Shown: positions 1-12,124 of the stretch, piece after piece | Position numbering within the stretch: position 1 is the first letter of the stretch | How the letters are laid out: every line of letters begins with the position of its first letter | Origin: an uncultured Prevotella sp. | GTDB taxonomy: Bacteria > Bacteroidota > Bacteroidia > Bacteroidales > Bacteroidaceae | DNA length: 54,809 bases | NCBI GenBank assembly: GCA_937874345.1 | Contig: CALNBT010000053.1 | Coordinates: 1-54,809 of the forward strand | Direction of reading: 5' to 3' | Made by a program: the position numbers and the translations under genes | The notes under the pieces: model-generated | Database searches by the model: none | Seen by the model: only the letters and a program-made list of their open reading frames with translations | Told to the model about the DNA's origin: nothing

Positions 1-131
1 GCAGTCCTTGGCAATTCTGGATCAGTGTTTCTCTATTTGTTGCCACTTTCATTGGGACAAAATATATAAAGATCAATCCTATCCAAATGATTTGCTATGC
101 TGCCTTTGCGGGATTGATGCTATTATACTAA
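1..131 (+). CDS. 3' end of a membrane protein, probably a chromate transporter (ChrA/CHR family); partial and absent from the ORF track
   Basis: Frame 3 is open from the window edge: SPWQFWISVSLFVATFIGTKYIKINPIQMICYAAFAGLMLLY, stop TAA at 129-131. Two hydrophobic helices and the K-I-N-P-I..(A)(F)AG-L-L-L-Y ending resemble short-chain CHR C-termini. Hairpins follow the stop. Confidence 0.6.
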   Translation, partial: SPWQFWISVSLFVATFIGTKYIKINPIQMICYAAFAGLMLLY

Positions 132-164
132 GAACAAATAGATTTTTCGCTAGAAAAGGAAAAG

Positions 165-224
165 AAGACCTCTGCAAAAAGTCACCCACAGCCAGAGTGG
201 TTGCGAAACTTTTGCAGAGGTCTT
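165..224. repeat. 15-bp perfect inverted repeat between convergent genes (terminator or MITE-like remnant)
   Basis: AAGACCTCTGCAAAA (165-179) and TTTTGCAGAGGTCTT (210-224), separated by a 30-nt spacer. Confidence 0.7.
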
Positions 225-326
225 ATTTGTGCTGATCCTTTAACCTCCTCGAATGGGGGCAGGTGTTGTATAATAAGGCACATTGCACATCACCACCATT
301 CCATTTTGGTCATGCTGTATATATCG

Positions 327-362
327 ATAAACGGGCACCAGTCTATTCTGTTGCCCGTTTAT
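327..362 (-). terminator. Probable terminator hairpin downstream of susA
   Basis: ATAAACGGGCA (327-337) pairs with TGCCCGTTTAT (352-362), 45 nt past the susA stop. The U-tract is weak. Confidence 0.5.
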
Positions 363-407
363 ATCTCATGTTATTTACTCCCATTACAAGGAGATAAGGA
401 GTTCATT

Positions 408-2264
408 CTATAATGCCAGGATCAGCGTCTGACGCGGAGACAACTTAACATCCGAGCTCAAATCAACAGTATTGCCTGATATCACATCTTGAGCTGTGTT
501 AGCAGATCCGATGACTTCGGCGTACCGCTTTACGTTCAATGATGCGCCAGTCGACTTACCATTCAACACTGTCAAAACGGTTTTACCCTGGAATTGACGA
601 GCGATGACATATACACCATCATGAGGAGTGAACTGAATTTGTTTACCTTTGGTCAGCACTTCATTACCTTGTCGCCAGTGAAGCAGCTTGCTGAGCCAGT
701 CGAACATTGCATTTTCATCTGCCGTACGACCTTGAGATGTAAATGCATTACGAGTGTCTCCAGGGAAGCCTCCAGGAAAATCTTGACGAACATCACCATC
801 AGTTACAGCTTTGGTACCATTCATCAAAACTTCTGTTCCGTAATAAAGTTGTGGAATACGGTTCATCGTCAACAGCAATGCCAAGGCTTGTTTCAGTGCA
901 GGCACATCCTTGCCATTTCCTAAAAATCGATCTGTGTCATGATTTTCAAGAAAAGCCATTACGTTTGATGGGCTTTCGTACAAGTAATCATATACAAGAC
1001 TGTTGTAAACGCGGTTATAGCCCTTCCACCAACCATCAGTTTCCTCGTTCTTGGCCATGCTCATCTTGTCAAAGAAGCTGAAGTCCATGACTGTTTTCAA
1101 GTAGCTGTTCAATTTCGAAAGGCGAGAATCTTTTTGCCATGCTGCCGTATAAGCCGGTTCTGTTACCCATGTTTCACCAACCACATTGAAATTGGGATAC
1201 TCCTCGTCCAGCTCTTTCATCCAGTCAGACATAGCCTTTCGGTCAGCATAAGGATAAGTATCCATACGAATACCATCGATACCGATGGTCTCAATCCACC
1301 ATTTGCTGTTTTGAATCAGATAGGTGATGACATGCGGATTGCGTTGGTTCAGGTCTGGCATTGTGGGTACAAACCATCCGTCAACAGTTTCTCTCAAATC
1401 AATTTTAGATGAATATGGGTCAAGGACTGGGGTAAGTTTGTAACTGGTCTGCTGATAGTTGCTCTTATAGTCTGAAGAGTTAAACCAATCTTTTGAAGGC
1501 ATATTTTGAATCCAAGGGTGCTCAAAGCCACAGTGGTTGAAGATCATATCCATCACTATTTTCAATCCTTTGGCATGTGCATCAGTGGCCAATTGCCGAT
1601 ATTCAGCATTGCTTCCGAAACGTGGATCCACCTTATAATAATCCGTTGTAGCGTAGCCATGATAGGTACTGTAACCATTATGGTCGGGCGAATTATTCTC
1701 TAAAACCGGTGTAAACCATAGCGCTGTTACACCCAACTGATTGAAATAGTCAAGATGTTGTCTGATACCTTCCAAATCACCTCCATGTCTTAAACTAGGT
1801 TTAGTCCGATCGTTGACATACGTGTTCATGCCCTTGATCTGGTTATTCTTCGGATTACCATCGGCAAATCGGTCAGGCATCAACATATAAAGCACATCAG
1901 CATTGCTGAAACCTTTGCGGTCTTCACCACTCATCTCCCGAGCTTTCAACACGTAGTTCACCAGTTGCACCGACTTTCCCTTTGTAAACTTCAGCTTCAT
2001 CACACCAGGCTTGGCATTCTGGAGATGAAGATAAGCCAAAAGATACTTAGGATTTTGCAGATGAACAATGCTGTCTACTGTGGCTCCTGCATAGTCAGTC
2101 GTTACGGAAACATCTCCTAAATCATCCCCATAGACCATGAGTTGCAAGGATGGGTTCTTCATTCCTACGAACCAATCAGTAGGATCGATTCGGTTTATCT
2201 GAATTGATCTTCCAAACGAAAACAAACTTGCTGCGAGGAAAAGCAATATTAAAATTTTTCTCAT
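408..2264 (-). CDS. susA: Periplasmic GH13 neopullulanase/cyclomaltodextrinase, SusA-like
   Basis: Signal peptide; cyclomaltodextrinase N-domain (RIDPTDWFVGMKNPSLQLMVYG); GH13 regions DMIFNH, DGIRMDT, VGETW and FLENHD; starch locus context. Confidence 0.9.
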   Translation of the reverse strand: MRKILILLFLAASLFSFGRSIQINRIDPTDWFVGMKNPSLQLMVYGDDLGDVSVTTDYAGATVDSIVHLQNPKYLLAYLHLQNAKPGVMKLKFTKGKSVQLVNYVLKAREMSGEDRKGFSNADVLYMLMPDRFADGNPKNNQIKGMNTYVNDRTKPSLRHGGDLEGIRQHLDYFNQLGVTALWFTPVLENNSPDHNGYSTYHGYATTDYYKVDPRFGSNAEYRQLATDAHAKGLKIVMDMIFNHCGFEHPWIQNMPSKDWFNSSDYKSNYQQTSYKLTPVLDPYSSKIDLRETVDGWFVPTMPDLNQRNPHVITYLIQNSKWWIETIGIDGIRMDTYPYADRKAMSDWMKELDEEYPNFNVVGETWVTEPAYTAAWQKDSRLSKLNSYLKTVMDFSFFDKMSMAKNEETDGWWKGYNRVYNSLVYDYLYESPSNVMAFLENHDTDRFLGNGKDVPALKQALALLLTMNRIPQLYYGTEVLMNGTKAVTDGDVRQDFPGGFPGDTRNAFTSQGRTADENAMFDWLSKLLHWRQGNEVLTKGKQIQFTPHDGVYVIARQFQGKTVLTVLNGKSTGASLNVKRYAEVIGSANTAQDVISGNTVDLSSDVKLSPRQTLILAL

Positions 2265-2348
2265 TTATACCTTATTATGATAGTTTATAAAACATGCGAT
2301 ATCAAATTAAAGAAGTGAAGTCGGTTTCAGATGATCTGTTCGAACCGG

Positions 2349-4289
2349 TTAGTCGTGTAAGATCAATGCCGATTGCGGATCTACAATCACCTTACCACCG
2401 GCCATTTCGCCCAGTCCATTTTCATTGATGACACCATCACAGCATACAACCGTGTATCGACCATCTGGGATATTGACTTCCTTTGCCACTTTGTTGGCAT
2501 TGAGCAATACGATAATGGTGTTCCAAGCGTCTTTTCCCGCAAGATTATTCAGTGTAAAACCAACCATGCATGGCTGAGTTGGAAGAAATGACAGATGGGT
2601 TCTGACATCCTCTGCTGATCCCAGACGAAATGCAGGATGGTTTTTTCTTAACCGAATCAGGTTCTTGTAATACTGATATACTTCTGGATAACGATTAAGG
2701 TTATCCCAATCCAGACGATTTATTTCGATTGGTGATTCAAAACTGTTGTGTACGCCTTGTTTTGATCTCAACATCTCTTCTCCGCTCAACATGAACGGAA
2801 CGCCTTGGGAGGTAAAGACTGCAGTCTGAGCCAACTCATCCAAACGAATCAGTTCATTATTCGTTATATCCGGCACAGAAGCCTTTAATCTGTCCACCAG
2901 ACACAAATCGTCGTGACAACTGACATAACTAATCATCTGTATAGGTTCATGAGCCCAGGGCTTTTTCGTGTAGTTTACTTTGCTATCATCTACTTGAGGA
3001 TGATCAATAGCTCCGACAACACCAAACTTGATGCTCTCTTCTTCTCCAGGAATACCCGCCAGAAAAGCGCCTTTCTTATCATCATTGAATGGTCCACGCA
3101 GTCCGTCTCTTATCTCATCGCTGAAAGCAGCAATACGAGGAAGCTGCTGTATATTGGCCTTCATGGCCAGTTTCTCTATTGGATAAGCACAGGTTCCACC
3201 ACTCCAACCTTCACCATACATATTAATGGATGGATCTATTTTATCCAATTCGGCACGGATTGCATTCATGGTTTCAATGTCGTGGACACCCATCAAGTCG
3301 AATCGGAAACCATCAAGATGATATTCGTTGACCCAATATTTCACCGATTCAATCATGAATTCGCGCATTAAAGGACGCTCACTGGCCGTTTCATTTTTGC
3401 AACCCGAACCATTTGAATATTCTCCATCAGCCGTCTTACGGTAATACATATCCGGATAAGTGCGCTGGAAATTACTGCCCTCGATATCAGAGGTATGGTT
3501 ATAGACAACATCCAGAATGACCCTGATTCCAGCTTTGTGCAGGGCTTGAACCATCAGTTTGAACTCCTTGATGCGCGCCATTGGATTCTTGGCATCCGTA
3601 GAATAAGTTCCTTCAGGTACATTATAGTTCTTGGGGTCGTATCCCCAATTGTATTTTGGATTTTCTGTAACCCGTTCGTCTATAGAGGCAAAGTCGAAAG
3701 AAGGCAGCAGATGTACTGCATTGATACCAAGATCTTGCAGATGTTGAACAGCTTTTGGCTCTGCAATACCCAAGAACTTGCCACGATGGATGATTCCTGA
3801 AGAAGGAGAATCGGTATAATCGCGTACATGCATCTCATAAAGCACTAGGTCGACCTGTGATTTTAAAGCAGGTCTTTGATCTGCATCCCATCCCTGTGGA
3901 TTGGTTTCTTTCAGGTCAATAATAGCCGCACGGTTACCATTCACACCGACAGCGGTTGCAAAAACACCGGGTGTCTCACCACCGTTGTGTCCGGGAAAGC
4001 CTAAAACTTCAAAAGTATAGAACATTCCTTTCAAATTACCTTTCACCTCTTTCTGCCATACATCTTTCCCTGCCTTCTTCATGCTGTAAGTTTGGATGGC
4101 ACTGCCTCCTTCTCCTTCACGATAAAGCCTCAGCACAACACGCTTGGCTTTCGTCGGAGCATTGACTTTAAAGACAGTTCTCAGAGGTGAATACATCATT
4201 TCGTTAAACTCTGCAGCCGATAGCTCTGGGGTAAAAAACAAACATACCACGGCCAAAATCGGAAAAAGATACCACTTCTGTTTTTTCAT
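2349..4289 (-). CDS. pulA: Type I pullulanase (GH13), secreted
   Basis: YNWGYDP type I pullulanase signature plus DVVYNH, DGFRFDLM, YGEGW and YVSCHD. Start moved to the ATG at 4289 (MKKQKWYLFPILAVVCLFF signal peptide), which removes the overlap with susB. Confidence 0.9.
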   Translation of the reverse strand: MKKQKWYLFPILAVVCLFFTPELSAAEFNEMMYSPLRTVFKVNAPTKAKRVVLRLYREGEGGSAIQTYSMKKAGKDVWQKEVKGNLKGMFYTFEVLGFPGHNGGETPGVFATAVGVNGNRAAIIDLKETNPQGWDADQRPALKSQVDLVLYEMHVRDYTDSPSSGIIHRGKFLGIAEPKAVQHLQDLGINAVHLLPSFDFASIDERVTENPKYNWGYDPKNYNVPEGTYSTDAKNPMARIKEFKLMVQALHKAGIRVILDVVYNHTSDIEGSNFQRTYPDMYYRKTADGEYSNGSGCKNETASERPLMREFMIESVKYWVNEYHLDGFRFDLMGVHDIETMNAIRAELDKIDPSINMYGEGWSGGTCAYPIEKLAMKANIQQLPRIAAFSDEIRDGLRGPFNDDKKGAFLAGIPGEEESIKFGVVGAIDHPQVDDSKVNYTKKPWAHEPIQMISYVSCHDDLCLVDRLKASVPDITNNELIRLDELAQTAVFTSQGVPFMLSGEEMLRSKQGVHNSFESPIEINRLDWDNLNRYPEVYQYYKNLIRLRKNHPAFRLGSAEDVRTHLSFLPTQPCMVGFTLNNLAGKDAWNTIIVLLNANKVAKEVNIPDGRYTVVCCDGVINENGLGEMAGGKVIVDPQSALILHD

Positions 4290-4305
4290 ATTTGGTTCAC
4301 AATTT

Positions 4306-6447
<2,142 letters not shown>

Positions 6448-6498
6448 TCATTTTATTCAACAGGAAAATCCCTTGAACAATTATATATGCAACAAAAG

Positions 6499-9201
6499 CT
6501 AAATTTTACGTCCCGACTGTGAGATCAGTTCAGCAATATTTGCTTTCAGGTTTTCATTATCGATCATATCCTCAATATTCAGATGCATGCGGTAACGCCA
6601 ATAGTGTTTCGGATTGGCTGGAATATTGACGCGTTCAGCATCGGCATTGGCCAACCGCAAATTCTCATCGATGGCAAACCAGTCTTGGATAGACAAGATA
6701 CAGAGGATGGATGGCGACATCAAATGGCGAGAAACGATATCTCTTGCCAGCCATCCTGGTAATGGATGTGGGGCCGCTCCATCACGATACAACATCGTAT
6801 TGTAATAATTCTGCGTACGTTCGTAGTTCTCATCCCACCACTGACGTAACGTTGGCATATCGTGAGAAGAGATGGTGTCGACACTGAGATAAGGATTCCG
6901 AGAGAGATGGCCGAACCGAACCTTGGGGTCTTTTGGCATAGACTGCACCTCGAGACTTAAGATACGTAGCTGGTTCATTACCCAGTTTACGCTTTCAGGC
7001 ACCATGCCCAAGTCTTCAGCACACACCAACATTCGAGTAGCCTCAACCATTTTAGGCAATTTCTTCATCGCTTCCTGATACCAAAATTGGTTGTTGCGAT
7101 GATAATAATATTCATTATACAGCTTGTTGAATGCTGTTTTGTCGACACTCCAAAGACTTTCGTAAATGAAATTGAACTGTGCCGTGATACGTGGATGGAA
7201 CAATTCCGGATTCTTATTGTCGCGGACAAACAGTATATCGTCGACCATGGCATACAAACCATCGCGAATCCAGACATCCACATCGGTTTCCTTTCCTTCG
7301 AAAGCAGCCTCAATTTTGCGTTGGGTATCATATTCTGGTTTCAGTTCGTATACATCATCATGGATATGATTGAGATAGGTCGACTTTACTTCCTGGACAT
7401 GCTCTTTGAAAACTCTGTCCAAAACCCAATCACGGATAAAAGGTTTGGTAAACAAGTCTTCCTGGAAATTCAATCCATAAGAAGCTATTTCTTCACGAGA
7501 CATCGCCAGCGCAGGAGAGAATTGCCCCAACAATCCATGAACAGAACTAATTGGAATTTCCCATATTCTGAAGAAACCCAGTACGTGGTCAATGCGATAT
7601 GCATCAAAGAACATAGCCATATTGCGGAACCGACGCACCCACCAAGCACATCCGTCTTTCAACATCTCTTCCCAGTTATAGGTTGGGAAGCCCCAATTCT
7701 GTCCATTGATCGAGAATTCATCGGGTGGTGCACCGGCTTGTCCATTCATATTAAAGTATTTCGGTTCCATCCATACATCACATCCATATCGATTCACCCC
7801 GATTGGAACATCGCCTTTGAGGATGACACGTTTGCTGCAGGCATAATCATGTGCGGATGTCATTTGCGCATAAAGGATAAACTGAACAAAATAATAAAAT
7901 GCCACGTCACCATATGCTTCGTTGCGAACAGAAGTGAGTTGTTTACGGTCTTGTTCATCCCATTGACGATGATCGGGCCACTGACTAAAGTCAGCTGTAC
8001 CATAAGTATCTCGAAGATAACAGAATTGTGAATAGGGAACAAGCCAATCTTCGGTATGCTTAAAAAACCGCTTAAAGGCGTCTGTTGCCATCATCTGTTT
8101 GCCTTCTTGTGCGAACAACAGCTGCAAATATTCTATTTTGCTATTGTTGACACGTTCATAATCAATAGCCGGCAATGCATTTAGTTCAACCTGCAATTCT
8201 TTAAAGCGTTTATTCTCCTGCGAATCCTTTAATTCGGGCAGTTGCCTGAGATCACAATATTGCGGATGCAACGCAAAGATGCTGATGCAACTGTACGGAT
8301 ACGAGTCGGTCCAAGTATGAGATGTGGTGGTATCGTTGATCGGAAGCAACTGCAAAACGCGCTGGTTGGTTACGCTAGCGAAATCAACCATTGTCTTTAA
8401 ATCGCCGAAATCGCCTACACCAAAGCTGCCTTTACTTCGTAACGAGAACAATGGAACCAAGGTTCCTGCCATTCGCGCATATCGATCAGCGAAGTACACC
8501 TGCTCCAACTGATAAACAACCACGTCACCCGCATTCATCAATGGCAAACTAATCGTACGATTCTGTTCATCTTCCCACAATGGGGTAACATCATTCTTTT
8601 CGTCGAGTGCTGCAAACTTGAATTCTATCTGCATCTCTTTAAAAATCTTCGCATCCAAATCAATGATCCATTCATGATGTTGATGTTGAACCATCTCTAC
8701 TGCCTGCAGGGCGTTCCATTGTCCCAAGGCCTTTGCATTACCAAGAATGGCAAGACGTTCACCCATTTTCAACTGTGGCGCCCTGACAACAAAACGAACC
8801 GTTTGCTCAAAGGTTGACGGTTTAGGATGACCAAGTTTTAGGTGATTGAGGCAGTCGGTAAAGGCAGAAGTGTAAAGATGAGTATCTTGCGGGATGTCCA
8901 ACCAGATATCATACAAACGATACTGTGAGGCTTTTGATGCTGTCAAATCCAGCATGTGGGCAACAGTAGTCCATTCCTGTCGTTTGATTTGACCATCGGT
9001 TTCCACTGAATAAAAATAATTCAGAGCAAAAGAACCGTTCAATAGCTGAAGTGTCATATTGTAATACCAATGCAATCCGTCAAAGGTAGACATACGATAG
9101 GGTGTAATACTCTTGTCACCTGAAGGCAACAGCTCTACGAGGTTCAAGATCAAGTCTTCACCGAAACTTGTCTTATATTCAATATTAAATTGTATATTCA
9201 T
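6499..9201 (-). CDS. malQ: 4-alpha-glucanotransferase (GH77), DPE2-like with N-terminal CBM20 domains, cytoplasmic
   Basis: 900 aa with no signal peptide; CBM20-like N-terminus (LGNAKALGQW, WEDEQNR); GH77 motifs YRIDHVLGFFRIW, CAEDLG and SSHD. Confidence 0.9.
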   Translation of the reverse strand: MNIQFNIEYKTSFGEDLILNLVELLPSGDKSITPYRMSTFDGLHWYYNMTLQLLNGSFALNYFYSVETDGQIKRQEWTTVAHMLDLTASKASQYRLYDIWLDIPQDTHLYTSAFTDCLNHLKLGHPKPSTFEQTVRFVVRAPQLKMGERLAILGNAKALGQWNALQAVEMVQHQHHEWIIDLDAKIFKEMQIEFKFAALDEKNDVTPLWEDEQNRTISLPLMNAGDVVVYQLEQVYFADRYARMAGTLVPLFSLRSKGSFGVGDFGDLKTMVDFASVTNQRVLQLLPINDTTTSHTWTDSYPYSCISIFALHPQYCDLRQLPELKDSQENKRFKELQVELNALPAIDYERVNNSKIEYLQLLFAQEGKQMMATDAFKRFFKHTEDWLVPYSQFCYLRDTYGTADFSQWPDHRQWDEQDRKQLTSVRNEAYGDVAFYYFVQFILYAQMTSAHDYACSKRVILKGDVPIGVNRYGCDVWMEPKYFNMNGQAGAPPDEFSINGQNWGFPTYNWEEMLKDGCAWWVRRFRNMAMFFDAYRIDHVLGFFRIWEIPISSVHGLLGQFSPALAMSREEIASYGLNFQEDLFTKPFIRDWVLDRVFKEHVQEVKSTYLNHIHDDVYELKPEYDTQRKIEAAFEGKETDVDVWIRDGLYAMVDDILFVRDNKNPELFHPRITAQFNFIYESLWSVDKTAFNKLYNEYYYHRNNQFWYQEAMKKLPKMVEATRMLVCAEDLGMVPESVNWVMNQLRILSLEVQSMPKDPKVRFGHLSRNPYLSVDTISSHDMPTLRQWWDENYERTQNYYNTMLYRDGAAPHPLPGWLARDIVSRHLMSPSILCILSIQDWFAIDENLRLANADAERVNIPANPKHYWRYRMHLNIEDMIDNENLKANIAELISQSGRKI

Positions 9202-9449
9202 AATTTTATGTTGATAGATGAGGAAAGAGAATATTTTCTGAGTTATTCAAAAAAAATGGTTAATGACCTCGTTTCGAACTGGTAGAAGAAGTGCCTTTCC
9301 ATAAACGCTTGCAATCAATTGTATAACTCTGTATTTTCCTCATTCACTTATAGTTACAATAGCATTAAGATTGGCAATCAATAGGATGCAGATTGCACAT
9401 CAAACGCATGCAAATTGGGAACCAAAATCATTGGGTTTGTCATTCAATA

Positions 9450-10775
9450 TCAAACTGTTTTCAATTTAGAATGTTCTTTGATGATATATACGAATGCTGA
9501 CCCCAGGATAAGACTGATACCTGCAACATACATCATATGGGCCTGAACACCACCGACAAGCGTTAGGACCAGACCACCTGTTAGTCCTGCTACAATCTGA
9601 GGAATGGTGATAGAAGCATTGAAGAGGCCAAGATAAGTACCCATGTGTGATTTGCCTTCCAGTGCATTGGTTACAATGGTGAATGGCATGGCGAGCATGG
9701 CTGCCCAAGCACATCCGATAAATGCGAATGGTAAGAAGAGCATCCACTGGTCGTGAATGAAAGGTACAAGACAGAAACCCACTCCACCGATAATAAGGCT
9801 AAGGGCATACGCAAATTTCAATCCAAATTTATTTTCGATAGCAGGTAATGCTGCCGCCCAAAGTACACTGGCCACAGCTTCCATTGCAAAGACAATACCG
9901 ACCCAGTCACCTGCTTCCTGATAAGCCTTAGAGGCAGTGTTGGTGCTGTTCCATACGGTATCTGAGATCGTTCCGGTAGTATAGGTCCACATCAACAGGA
10001 AGGACGCCCAACTGAAGAATTGGACCAATGAAACGCGCCAGAAGTTAGTGGGGGCCTTACGAAGTAGTTCTACCACGCCGGCCTTGTTACCCTTGCTCTC
10101 GTTCACTGGCTCTTGATATTGAGCGAACTCGTCTGGTGGCAACTCTTTTACCTTGGAAATAGTATAGAACACACAAGCGATGAGAATCAACGCTCCTATA
10201 AAGAATGCCCATTTGACAGACTGTGGAACGCCATGCTCTGCACTATTACTCAACCCGATGTAAGTCAGAATAAAAGGAAGAGCAAAGCCAACAACCTGGC
10301 CTAGATTGACCAGAAAGCTCTGGATGGCATAGCCCAAACCTTTTTGCTTTTCATTAACCATATCACCGACCATCATCTTGAACGGCTGCATAGCCATATT
10401 GAGACTGGTGTCTAGAAACATCAGAATGACGGCACCGATAACCATCGCTATACTCGTTGTATTGCTAAAGCTTCCGGTATTGGGCAGCAACACCATCATG
10501 ATAACAGCAATGAGGGCTCCAAATATTAAATAAGGTATACGGCGTCCAAAGCGTGTCCAGGTACGATCGCTCGCAATACCAACCAGCGGTTGAACAATAA
10601 GGCCCATCAACGGAGGCAAGATCCAAAAATAGCTAAGGCTATGTGGATCAGCACCGATGGTTGCGAAAATGCGGGAGTTGTTACCACTTTGAAGCGCGTA
10701 AGCAATCTGCACTCCGAAGAAACCAAAGCTCAAATTAAAGAGTTGGGTTCGCGATAAATCAGGTTTTTGTTTCAT
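9450..10775 (-). CDS. MFS sugar (maltose/maltodextrin) transporter, MalT/SLC45-like
   Basis: About 12 TM helices; motifs LSFGFFGVQIAYALQ, SDRTWTRFGRRIPY and MGTYLGLFN..ITIPQI; located in the starch locus. Confidence 0.85.
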   Translation of the reverse strand: MKQKPDLSRTQLFNLSFGFFGVQIAYALQSGNNSRIFATIGADPHSLSYFWILPPLMGLIVQPLVGIASDRTWTRFGRRIPYLIFGALIAVIMMVLLPNTGSFSNTTSIAMVIGAVILMFLDTSLNMAMQPFKMMVGDMVNEKQKGLGYAIQSFLVNLGQVVGFALPFILTYIGLSNSAEHGVPQSVKWAFFIGALILIACVFYTISKVKELPPDEFAQYQEPVNESKGNKAGVVELLRKAPTNFWRVSLVQFFSWASFLLMWTYTTGTISDTVWNSTNTASKAYQEAGDWVGIVFAMEAVASVLWAAALPAIENKFGLKFAYALSLIIGGVGFCLVPFIHDQWMLFLPFAFIGCAWAAMLAMPFTIVTNALEGKSHMGTYLGLFNASITIPQIVAGLTGGLVLTLVGGVQAHMMYVAGISLILGSAFVYIIKEHSKLKTV

Positions 10776-10940
10776 AATTCTATTCCCATGATGTTTTTTG
10801 CTCCATGGTCAAAGAGCTTATATGTTGATAGATATTTAATAGTTTCGATTAATCATCCCATTCATGCCTTCATAAATTTAATATTGCATATTGCCCAAGA
10901 GGGGGACTTCAAAAAAAGGCTGATGTTTCTAATTCTATGC

Positions 10941-11966
10941 CTACCTTGTGGTTCCTCTAATAACAAGTCTGGTACGGACGATTCTCTTCTCTACTAAGTC
11001 ATGAGGTAGATTACCTTCTACCTGACTGATAAGGATGTCGGCAGCCTCTTCGCCTACCCGAAATCCGCGTTGTTCAACAGTGGTCAACATCGGATCGCAG
11101 GCAATGGCACGTTCGCCATTGGTAAATCCGCAAATAGAGATATCATTCGGCACACGAAATCCCATTCTTTTGGCCGCATAAAGAATACCGATAGCAGTGT
11201 CATCGTTTACAGCAAAGAATGCATCAGGACCCTCTTCAATCTCCAATATTTCTGGGGATATCCGTTCTGCCTCTGCCCTATTATCGCAGATTCTGAAAAA
11301 GCGCTGATCTTCCTTGAGTCCATTTTTGATGAGCGCATCACGATATCCATTATATCTATTCTTCGATATTTCCATGTTCATGGATGATCCATAATATGCA
11401 ATCCGCCTGCAACCTGTTGCAATCAGATGAGACACGGCATTAAAAGCGCCCAGATAATCGTCTACTACAACCCTGCTGCAATTAACTCCTGTGCAAATAC
11501 GATCGTAAAACACCAAGGGCATACCATACTCGATGAGCTTTTTAAAATGGTCGTACTGCTGGGTGTCTTTTGCCTGAGAAACGATAATGCCACAAACCTT
11601 GTTCTCAAAGAAATCCTCGCAGATGCGCACTTCCCGCTGATATTTCTCATTGCTTTGCGCCACCATGACTCGATAGCCGCGTTCGTTCGCCTCTTCCTCA
11701 ATCCCCGATAAGATGGTCGAGAAATAGAAATGAGCAATCTGAGGTACGATAACACCGATAACTTTTACAGGTTTCACCTTACTATATCGCAAAGACTCTG
11801 CTATCATATTAGGTATATAATGATGTTCGTGCGCATAAGTCTGAATACGATTGCGCTGTTCTTTACTGATCTGCGAGCTATCTTTCAATGCACGCGAAAC
11901 AGTTGCCACAGAAACACCCAGTTCCCGTGCGATATCTTTCATTGTGATAGACGACAAAAAACTCAT
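10941..11966 (-). CDS. LacI/GalR-family transcriptional regulator (MalR-like)
   Basis: HTH ITMKDIARELGVSVATVSRAL, hinge YIPNMIAESL and a periplasmic-binding-protein-like sugar domain (LTTVEQ). Divergent from susC. Confidence 0.92.
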   Translation of the reverse strand: MSFLSSITMKDIARELGVSVATVSRALKDSSQISKEQRNRIQTYAHEHHYIPNMIAESLRYSKVKPVKVIGVIVPQIAHFYFSTILSGIEEEANERGYRVMVAQSNEKYQREVRICEDFFENKVCGIIVSQAKDTQQYDHFKKLIEYGMPLVFYDRICTGVNCSRVVVDDYLGAFNAVSHLIATGCRRIAYYGSSMNMEISKNRYNGYRDALIKNGLKEDQRFFRICDNRAEAERISPEILEIEEGPDAFFAVNDDTAIGILYAAKRMGFRVPNDISICGFTNGERAIACDPMLTTVEQRGFRVGEEAADILISQVEGNLPHDLVEKRIVRTRLVIRGTTR

Positions 11967-11986
11967 TTAGGTAGTAATTGATTTTA

Positions 11987-12015
11987 CAAATATATGCAAA
12001 AACGTGGAACGCAAA
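11987..12015 (-). promoter_or_regulatory. Bacteroidota sigma-A promoter for the lacI-MFS arm
   Basis: Minus-strand -7 box TATATTTG (11994-11987) and TTTG at 12015-12012, 17-nt spacer. Confidence 0.6.
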
Positions 12016-12046
12016 AACATAAACCTTTGATTAATATATATTTCTG

Positions 12047-12064
12047 AATGCAATCGTTTGCATT
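12047..12064. promoter_or_regulatory. LacI-family operator palindrome
   Basis: AATGCAATCGTTTGCATT has the CG-centred A..CG..T dyad typical of LacI sites. A near-identical copy lies at 21390-21405. Confidence 0.75.
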
Positions 12065-12116
12065 GAATTAATAACGGATTTGTATTGAAAAAAGTACATT
12101 ATATTTGAAAGAAAAC

Positions 12117-12124
12117 TATCTTTG
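12117..12124 (+). promoter_or_regulatory. -7 promoter element for susCDEF
   Basis: TATCTTTG matches TAnnTTTG. An alternative TATATTTG lies at 12100-12107 with TTTG at 12079-12082. Confidence 0.6.

Noticed and set aside
8-413. ORFs 8..235 and 201..413
   Set aside because: They overlap the real frame-3 gene end and terminator hairpins, and show no protein-like features.
7087-8031. 314-aa + strand ORF
   Set aside because: It is the antisense shadow of malQ with no recognisable motifs. The many shorter antisense ORFs inside other genes were rejected for the same reason.
9399-9412. Second operator-like sequence ATCAAACGCATGCA
   Set aside because: It has four mismatches to the palindrome and no -7 box at the conserved spacing.
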